DNA of 21,590 nt from NCBI GenBank assembly GCA_040905465.1, contig JBBDRK010000007.1, forward strand, positions 39,897 through 61,486, read 5' to 3'. The stretch's first letter is position 1. The number at the start of each line of letters is the position of its first letter. Under the pieces are notes generated by a model, which was not told where the DNA came from, did not search any database, and worked only from the letters and a program-made list of their open reading frames with translations. This document shows, piece after piece, positions 15,752 to 21,590 of the stretch. This DNA comes from Trueperaceae bacterium (GTDB taxonomy: Bacteria > Deinococcota > Deinococci > Deinococcales > Trueperaceae). The translations under genes and the position numbers were made by a program.

Positions 15752-16831
15752 GTGACGAAGCTGCCCGGCAACAAGATCACAGCCGCCGACGTGTATCGTC
15801 CCGGCGCCGGATCGCCGAGTTTCGTCGTCATAGATGTACGAGCACCGGTCGAGGTAGGTCGTGGCGCCCTGCCCGGCTCGGTGAACATCCCCATCCTCGA
15901 GAATGACGAGCGCCACCGCGTGGGCATTGCATTCAAGGAGTCGGGCCAGGAAGCGGCGGTCGCCTTGGGCTACCGGCTGACCGCCAAGGCGCTGTCGAGT
16001 CGGGTGGCGGCCTGGCGGGAGGTAGCCAGCGGGCAACCGGCCGCGGTGAGTTGCTGGCGGGGCGGAATGAGGTCGAGCCTTGCTCAGGAGTTCCTGGCGG
16101 AGCCGACAGTTCCTGTCGTCTCCGGCGGATACAAGGCGCTGCGTGCGCACCTGGTCTCCGGTCTCGAGAGTTCATTGCAGCGCCGGCGCTCCCTCGTCCT
16201 CAGCGGAATGACGGGTACCGGCAAGACCGACCTGCTGGAGTCGCTGGCCGGCTCCCCGAAGCTGCTGGCGCTGGACCTGGAAGGTCTCGCGCGTCACCGC
16301 GGCAGCGCCTTCGGGGCCAGGGGCGAGCAACCGGCCCAGCAGACGTTCGAGAACGAGCTTGCTGCGCGCGTACTTCTGAGCCCCTCGCCGACGTTGCTGC
16401 TCGAGGACGAATCGCGGCGGGTCGGCTCGGTGGAGCTGCCGGAACCGCTCTTCCGGAGAATCGCCCGGGGTCCGCAGCTCGTGCTCGAGACCACCTGGCG
16501 CGAGCGGGTGGAGCGGATCCACTGCCAGTACATCGTCGAACCGGCCGAGCGCCTCGGTCCGGAACGGGCGCTCGCTGAGTTGACCGGCGCGACACACCGG
16601 CTGCGCAGGAGGTTGGGCTCCGAGCTTGTGGACCGGCTGGTAGCGGTGCTCGACGGGACGATGAGCGGCGGACAGTGGCGCGAGTCGCAGGCGCTCGAGC
16701 CGTTCATAGGCCCGCTGTTGAACGAGTATTACGACCCGCTCTACCGCCGGGCGGTGGAAAAGATGCAGCGGCCGGTTCTGGCACGGGGCACACGAGAGGA
16801 ACTTGCAGCATGGATAGCGCGCGAACCGTAA
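15752..16831 (+). CDS. selU: tRNA 2-selenouridine synthase
   Basis: Rhodanese domain (IDVRAPVE, CWRGGMRS), P-loop GMTGTGKT, DLEGLARHRGSAFG, EDESRRVG, YYDPLY; GTG 15752 is 7 nt after TAACCT and gives 359 aa; adjacent to selD. Confidence 0.92.
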   Translation: MTKLPGNKITAADVYRPGAGSPSFVVIDVRAPVEVGRGALPGSVNIPILENDERHRVGIAFKESGQEAAVALGYRLTAKALSSRVAAWREVASGQPAAVSCWRGGMRSSLAQEFLAEPTVPVVSGGYKALRAHLVSGLESSLQRRRSLVLSGMTGTGKTDLLESLAGSPKLLALDLEGLARHRGSAFGARGEQPAQQTFENELAARVLLSPSPTLLLEDESRRVGSVELPEPLFRRIARGPQLVLETTWRERVERIHCQYIVEPAERLGPERALAELTGATHRLRRRLGSELVDRLVAVLDGTMSGGQWRESQALEPFIGPLLNEYYDPLYRRAVEKMQRPVLARGTREELAAWIAREP

Positions 16832-17856
16832 AGCTCACCAAGACGGTAAACCGTGGCGGCTGCGCCGCCAAGCTCGCCGCCGGCAGCCTGGCCGGACTGC
16901 TTGCCGGACTGCCGCGCCAGAGCCACCCCGATCTTCTGGTGGGTACCGACTTCCTTGACGACGCCGCCGTCTGGCGCATCAGCGAAGACCGGGCGATGGT
17001 GCAGACTATCGACTTCTTCACCCCGATCCTCGACGACCCTCGCGACTTCGGCGCGGTGGCGGCAGCCAACGCCCTGTCGGACGTATTCGCTATGGGCGGT
17101 CAGCCGGTTTCGGCGCTTACGGTGCTGGCGTTCCCGACCGCCGTCCTTCCCGAAGAGGTCTTGGGCGAGCTCATGGCGGGGGCAACGGAACGGATCAACG
17201 CAGGAGGCGCCCTGCTGGTCGGTGGTCACTCGATCGACGACGACACGCTCAAGCTCGGATTCAGCGTCACCGGATTCGTCGACACGGCGCGCATGTGGAG
17301 CAACCGTGGCGCCCGCCCGGGAGACCAGCTGGTGCTGACTAAAGCGCTCGGCACAGGCACGCTGACCGGCGCCCTCAAGAACGACGAGCTGACAGAAGCG
17401 GACCTGACCGAAGCCATCGACTCGATGAAGCTGCTCAACCGGCTGGAGCTGACCGACGACTTGCACGCATCGGTGAATGCAGCTACCGACATCACCGGCT
17501 TCGGACTGCTCGGTCACGCCCTGCACCTGGCACGCGGCTCCGGCGTTTGCCTGGCGATCGACGCCGGCGGTGTCCCTCTCCTCGAGAACGCGGTGGAGGC
17601 TCTGGGGCGCGGCATAGTGAACCGGGCGCACGGCAGCAACGCTCGTTATGTCGGTGCTGAGGTGTCGGGACGAGAAGGCCTCGCCGAGACCGAGTGGCTG
17701 GCTCTGGTGGACCCCCAGACGAGCGGCGGCCTGCTGCTCAGCGTGCGCCCTGACGCCGCGGAGGAGCTGCTCGCTTCGATTCGACCGCGCTTCCCGAGGG
17801 CGGCGCGCATCGGCGAGGTCCTGCCGCCGGCGGAGCGACCGTTGCAGCTGTATTGA
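16810..17856 (+). CDS. selD: Selenide, water dikinase (Cys-type)
   Basis: GGCAAK, DDAAVW, DFFTPILDDP, AANALSDVFAMGG, GGHSIDD, DITGFGLLGH, DPQTSGGLL; start ATG 16810 overlaps the selU end. Confidence 0.96.
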   Translation: MDSARTVKLTKTVNRGGCAAKLAAGSLAGLLAGLPRQSHPDLLVGTDFLDDAAVWRISEDRAMVQTIDFFTPILDDPRDFGAVAAANALSDVFAMGGQPVSALTVLAFPTAVLPEEVLGELMAGATERINAGGALLVGGHSIDDDTLKLGFSVTGFVDTARMWSNRGARPGDQLVLTKALGTGTLTGALKNDELTEADLTEAIDSMKLLNRLELTDDLHASVNAATDITGFGLLGHALHLARGSGVCLAIDAGGVPLLENAVEALGRGIVNRAHGSNARYVGAEVSGREGLAETEWLALVDPQTSGGLLLSVRPDAAEELLASIRPRFPRAARIGEVLPPAERPLQLY

Positions 17857-17943
17857 CTGCGGTGGCCGGCCTCGGGCGCCACCGGCGCTGCGGCCACATT
17901 CGTCGGAGGTCGGGTCCACGATACTCGGTGCAGGGGGACGGTA

Positions 17944-18150
17944 ATGGCAAAGGGCAAGGCGCCGCCGCCGCACGACAGCAAACCCGATTACAACCCGGAA
18001 GCGCCGGCGCGAGAACGGCTCGGCGACGAAACGCCGGAAGTGAACGAGTTCCAGCCACCGCGAAATCGCTCCGCCCCGGCCGTGTCCGTGATCGTGACCG
18101 TAATCGCGGTTCTGGTGCTGGCCGCTCTCTACTTCATCTTCCGCGGCTGA
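17944..18150 (+). CDS. Small tail-anchored membrane protein (68 aa)
   Basis: G-rich SD; disordered Pro/acidic N-terminus and one C-terminal TM (VSVIVTVIAVLVLAALYFIF). Confidence 0.6.
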   Translation: MAKGKAPPPHDSKPDYNPEAPARERLGDETPEVNEFQPPRNRSAPAVSVIVTVIAVLVLAALYFIFRG

Positions 18151-18180
18151 GCCGCGGGTCTTCCATCCGACTCGGCGACT

Positions 18181-19218
18181 TCAGCCGTAACGCTGCATTA
18201 TCCGGTCGAGTACAGCCGGCGGCGGGCGTAACCGTTCCTGGCTGAGTTCACTCAATGGCGTCTGCACCATTCGGCTCGCCTCGGCCAGGTCGGGGCGCGA
18301 TGGATCGTAGTAGAGCAGGCCGGTGATGAACTCGCCGTCCTCCTCGGCGCGCAGCAGTCGATCGATGGCGGCCGGTCGGTCGGAGCTGTCGTACTCCTCC
18401 TCCAGCTTGCGCAGGGTCAGCTTCGAACCGTCGTGTAGCTCCACCACCCGCACCTCACCAGGCTCCTGGCCCTCGAGAACTATCTCCTCTGCGATCGGAA
18501 CGTAGCCGATCTCGTGTAGCGGCCGCTCGAACTCGCGGCCGTAGCCGTAGCTCTTGGTCGAAGTGTCCTCGTTGTTGAAGGCGACGCAGGGGCTGATGAT
18601 GTCCACGACGGCCGTGCCGCGATGGCTTAGCGCGGCCTTGAGCAGTTCACGCACCTGCTTGGCGTCGCCGGCGAAACTGCGCGCGACGAAGCCACAACCC
18701 GCCGCTATCGCCTCGAGACAGATGTCGATCGCCGGGAATTCGTTCTGACCGGCATACTTCAGCTCCTGGCCTTCGTCGGCGGTTGCCGAGAACTGTCCCT
18801 TGGTAAGGCCGTATACGCCGTTGTTTTCCACCACGTAGGTCATGCGGACGTTGCGGCGCAGCAGATGTTTGAACTGCCCCAGCCCGATCGACCCGGTATC
18901 GCCGTCGCCCGACACGCCGATCGCGCGCAGTCCCCGGTTGGCCATGAGGGCGCCGGTGCCCAGAGAGGGCATCCGGCCGTGGAGGCTGTTGAATCCGTGC
19001 GACATCCCCAGGAAGTAGGCCGGCGATTTGCTGGAACAGCCTATGCCGGAAAGCTTTATTACCTCGTGTGGCTTGAGCGCCAAGTCGAAAGCCACCTGGA
19101 TTACCTGATTGGCTATCGAGTTGTGACCGCAGCCGACGCACAAGGTCGAGGGACCGCCGCCGTAATCGGCCTTGGCGAGGCCGACGGCGTTCGACTTGAT
19201 CGCCTTTGCCCTATCCAC
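18181..19218 (-). CDS. korB: 2-oxoacid:ferredoxin oxidoreductase beta subunit
   Basis: STLCVGCGH, SGIGCSSK, HGR, TPP motif GDGD...NNGVYGLTKGQFS, SPCV; GTG start 19218 with GGGAG SD, overlapping the alpha stop. Confidence 0.93.
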   Translation of the reverse strand: MDRAKAIKSNAVGLAKADYGGGPSTLCVGCGHNSIANQVIQVAFDLALKPHEVIKLSGIGCSSKSPAYFLGMSHGFNSLHGRMPSLGTGALMANRGLRAIGVSGDGDTGSIGLGQFKHLLRRNVRMTYVVENNGVYGLTKGQFSATADEGQELKYAGQNEFPAIDICLEAIAAGCGFVARSFAGDAKQVRELLKAALSHRGTAVVDIISPCVAFNNEDTSTKSYGYGREFERPLHEIGYVPIAEEIVLEGQEPGEVRVVELHDGSKLTLRKLEEEYDSSDRPAAIDRLLRAEEDGEFITGLLYYDPSRPDLAEASRMVQTPLSELSQERLRPPPAVLDRIMQRYG

Positions 19219-21058
19219 TTTGCTCTCCCTTGCGGTCGCCGGCGGCCAGCTCATCGAGACGCGCCGACACCCACTCGGCGGTGAGCGGCATGCCGTCGAG
19301 GTAGGCGATCGACTCGAACCGGGTCGCGAACTCCGGCAACTCGCCTCGCAGGATCGCGCACAACTGCCCGTCACGATTCATCTCCACGACGGCGATCCGG
19401 TCGTGCCGCCCCACGAACTCACGAACCTTCTCGCCGATCGGGAGGGCACGCAGCCGCAGGAAGGCGCTCGTCAGTCCCGCCACTGCCAGCCGGTCACGGG
19501 CCTCCTCGATAGCGTAGCGGGTCGAACCGAAAGCGACTATCGCGAGGGTGGAGCCTTCGGGCTCGTCGAGAATCGGCTCGGGCAGCAGCCTTCTGGCGCT
19601 ATCGAACTTGCGGGCCAGTCGCTCGCCGTTGTGCCGCCAGTCTTCGGGCCGTTCGCTGTAAACGGCGTGTTCGTCGTGACCGGTACCCCGCGCCAGATAG
19701 GCCGAGCGCGGATCGCTGTTGCCTGGCAGCGTCCGGTAGGGGACGCCGTCACCGTCGTTGTCGAGGTACCGAGAGAAGCCGCCCCGCTCGTCGATCTCCG
19801 CGGCGCTGAGCACCTTCCCGCGGTCCATGGGCTCGGCCGGATACTCGAAAGGCCGGCCCATCCAGTTGTTCATCCCAAGGTCGAGGTCGGAGAGCACGAA
19901 CACCGGCGTCTGCAGGCGCTCGGCGAAGTCGAAGCTCTTCACGCCGAACTCGAAGCACTCCTCGATGGAGGACGGGAAGAGAATTACGTTGCGGGTATCG
20001 CCGTGACCCAGGTTGTAGACGAAGGCCACGTCTCCCTGGCTGGTTCGCGTGGGCAGGCCGGTCGAGGGACCCACCCGCTGTATGTCCCACACCACGGCCG
20101 GCACCTCGGCGAAATAGCCGAGTCCGGCGAACTCGGCCATAAGCGATATCCCGGGGCCGCTGGTAGCGGTCATCGCCCGTGCGCCGGCCCAGCCGGCGCC
20201 TACCACCATGCCGATCGCGGCCAGCTCATCCTCAGCCTGCACCACGTTGAAGCTGGCGCTGCCATCCTCTTCGGTGCGCAGTTCCGCCAGATAACCACGG
20301 AGCGCATCTATCAGGCTCGTCGACGGGGTGATCGGATACCAGGCGGCCACGCTCACCCCGCCGAAAACCGAACCGAGGGCGGCCGCCTCGTTGCCTGTCA
20401 TCATGATCAGGCCCTCTGTCGCCGACATCGGCGCAACCCGGTACGGATCCCGCTTGGTGAACTCACGCTCTGAATAACCGAACGAGGCCTCGACGATTGC
20501 CATGTTCGAAGCCACCAGCTTCTGGCGTCGCCCGAAGTGGAAACCGAGCGCCTCTTCGATCACCGACAGCGGCACGCCGAGAAGTTGGGCCAGGGCGCCG
20601 ACATAGGTCATGTTGGCCAGGTAGTCCTTGAGCTTGCCCTTGGCCTCGGTCCCTTCGAGCAACTCCTTTACCGGCAGTCGATAGCTCAGCAGGTCGTCAC
20701 GCTCGAACTCGTACTTCAGGTCGGCGTTGGCCAGGACCGCCGCGCCGTCGGGCAATGTGGCGACGTCTTCACGGATGGTAGCGCGATTGAAGGCAACCAG
20801 AAGTTCCGGCTCGCTGCGTGCCACGTAGCCGTCGCGGCTTACTCTGATGTGGTACCAGGTAGGCAGGCCCTGGATGTTCGAGGGAAAGATGTTCTTCCCG
20901 TGCACCGGGATTCCCATCTTGAAGAAAGCCCGTAGCAGCGTGAGATTGGCCGTCTGACTGCCCGTTCCGTTGGCGGTGGCGACGGCCAGGGAGAAGTCGT
21001 TCAGCTTGCTGTCGCCGCGTCCGGCGTCGGACTCGGGTACAGTTTGGGTCTCGACCAT
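19211..21058 (-). CDS. korA: 2-oxoacid:ferredoxin oxidoreductase alpha subunit (fused gamma domain)
   Basis: NGTGSQTAN, FPSNIQGLPTW, WYPITPST, QAEDELAA, ATSGPGISLM, QRVGPSTGLPT; ATG 21058 preferred to GTG 21064 on SD spacing. Confidence 0.94.
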   Translation of the reverse strand: MVETQTVPESDAGRGDSKLNDFSLAVATANGTGSQTANLTLLRAFFKMGIPVHGKNIFPSNIQGLPTWYHIRVSRDGYVARSEPELLVAFNRATIREDVATLPDGAAVLANADLKYEFERDDLLSYRLPVKELLEGTEAKGKLKDYLANMTYVGALAQLLGVPLSVIEEALGFHFGRRQKLVASNMAIVEASFGYSEREFTKRDPYRVAPMSATEGLIMMTGNEAAALGSVFGGVSVAAWYPITPSTSLIDALRGYLAELRTEEDGSASFNVVQAEDELAAIGMVVGAGWAGARAMTATSGPGISLMAEFAGLGYFAEVPAVVWDIQRVGPSTGLPTRTSQGDVAFVYNLGHGDTRNVILFPSSIEECFEFGVKSFDFAERLQTPVFVLSDLDLGMNNWMGRPFEYPAEPMDRGKVLSAAEIDERGGFSRYLDNDGDGVPYRTLPGNSDPRSAYLARGTGHDEHAVYSERPEDWRHNGERLARKFDSARRLLPEPILDEPEGSTLAIVAFGSTRYAIEEARDRLAVAGLTSAFLRLRALPIGEKVREFVGRHDRIAVVEMNRDGQLCAILRGELPEFATRFESIAYLDGMPLTAEWVSARLDELAAGDRKGEQSG

Positions 21059-21130
21059 GCTCACTCCCGGGCGGACCGCACCGGGAACGCGGCGTGGCGG
21101 CTCTTTCGGTCCGTCGTGATCACAGGGCCC

Positions 21131-21159
21131 ATGCTAACGGTTACAGGCGTAAGCGTCAC
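21131..21159 (-). promoter_or_regulatory. Putative korAB promoter
   Basis: Minus strand GTGACG (21159-21154), 17 bp, TAGCAT (21136-21131). Confidence 0.45.
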
Positions 21160-21198
21160 CAACACCGCCGCTCGAGTGGCGCCGGCCACATGCATAAG

Positions 21199-21480
21199 TC
21201 AGCCGGGCTCGGCGCCGCTCCCCGGCGGCAGTCGGTCGATCACCGGTGCGACCCTGCGCTCTTTCAGGTGGCCGTCCTCGCCGGTGGAGATCTCCCACTC
21301 GGCCAGATCGGGCCTGAACTCGTAGGCTAGCTCTTCCAGGCGCCGCCTGAACTCGTCATCCCACAAGTGGCGTGAACGCAAGAGATGCGCGACGAAACCG
21401 GGCGGGACCTGCCCGCCGAGTGCGTACACCAGCAGTTCGCGCAACTCCAGCGTCTTGCTGCCCGGCATTTCCGCGATCAC
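21199..21480 (-). CDS. Hypothetical protein (93 aa)
   Basis: GTG start overlaps the upstream stop (GTGA); protein-like composition; no family recognised. Confidence 0.65.
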   Translation of the reverse strand: MIAEMPGSKTLELRELLVYALGGQVPPGFVAHLLRSRHLWDDEFRRRLEELAYEFRPDLAEWEISTGEDGHLKERRVAPVIDRLPPGSGAEPG

Positions 21481-21590
21481 GCCTCCTCGAGTACCACCTC
21501 GTCGGCCTCGGGCTTGCCGGCCGTTTGCTTGCCGCCGCTGATGACGCTCAGCACCTCCGCCCGGATCAGCGGCGCCAACTCCGGCTTCTC
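21477..21590 (-). CDS. recA: 3' end of a gene truncated by the window, probably RecA
   Basis: Reads EKPELAPLIRAEVLSVISGGKQTAGKPEADEVVLEEA*, resembling the terminal helix (E-R-P-E...I-R...V) and acidic tail of Deinococcus/Thermus RecA; only 37 aa visible. Confidence 0.55.
   Translation of the reverse strand, partial: EKPELAPLIRAEVLSVISGGKQTAGKPEADEVVLEEA

Noticed and set aside
16852-16872. SelD as a selenoprotein
   Set aside because: The active-site codon is TGC (GGCAAK), not TGA.
4471-20473. Many long alternative-frame or antisense ORFs (e.g. 4471..6195 -, 4716..6140 +, 11994..13088 +, 16741..17973 -, 19172..20473 +)
   Set aside because: Arg/Pro/Gly-rich shadows of well-supported genes, expected at high GC; no motifs.

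Overview
High-GC bacterial chromosomal segment with about 22 densely packed CDSs. No rRNA, tRNA, CRISPR or mobile element was seen. The host is probably Deinococcota (inference from a Thermus TTHB210-like gene, several leaderless TANNNT-6/7nt-start arrangements and a Deinococcus/Thermus-like RecA C-terminus). Left to right: a Cys-rich SufR-like HTH regulator divergent from a secreted His-motif TTHB210-like protein; a lipoprotein; a GNAT; a YciF ferritin-like protein; an algF-algI-algJ O-acylation module with no polysaccharide synthase in the window, followed by two secreted LIP/CAL-A-type lipases; an acyl-CoA-dehydrogenase-fold flavoprotein that lacks the catalytic Glu, coupled to an orphan pseudo-receiver/PAS histidine kinase; an HExxH protein with a structured leader; a NodIJ-like ABC-2 exporter divergent from selU-selD; korAB; a 93-aa unknown gene coupled to the 3' end of a probable recA. 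The best candidates for undescribed biology are the algFIJ+2xLIP operon, whose junctions are bridged by stop/start-overlapping mini-ORFs, and the ACAD-fold/histidine kinase pair. All calls come from reading motifs by eye; no searches were run.
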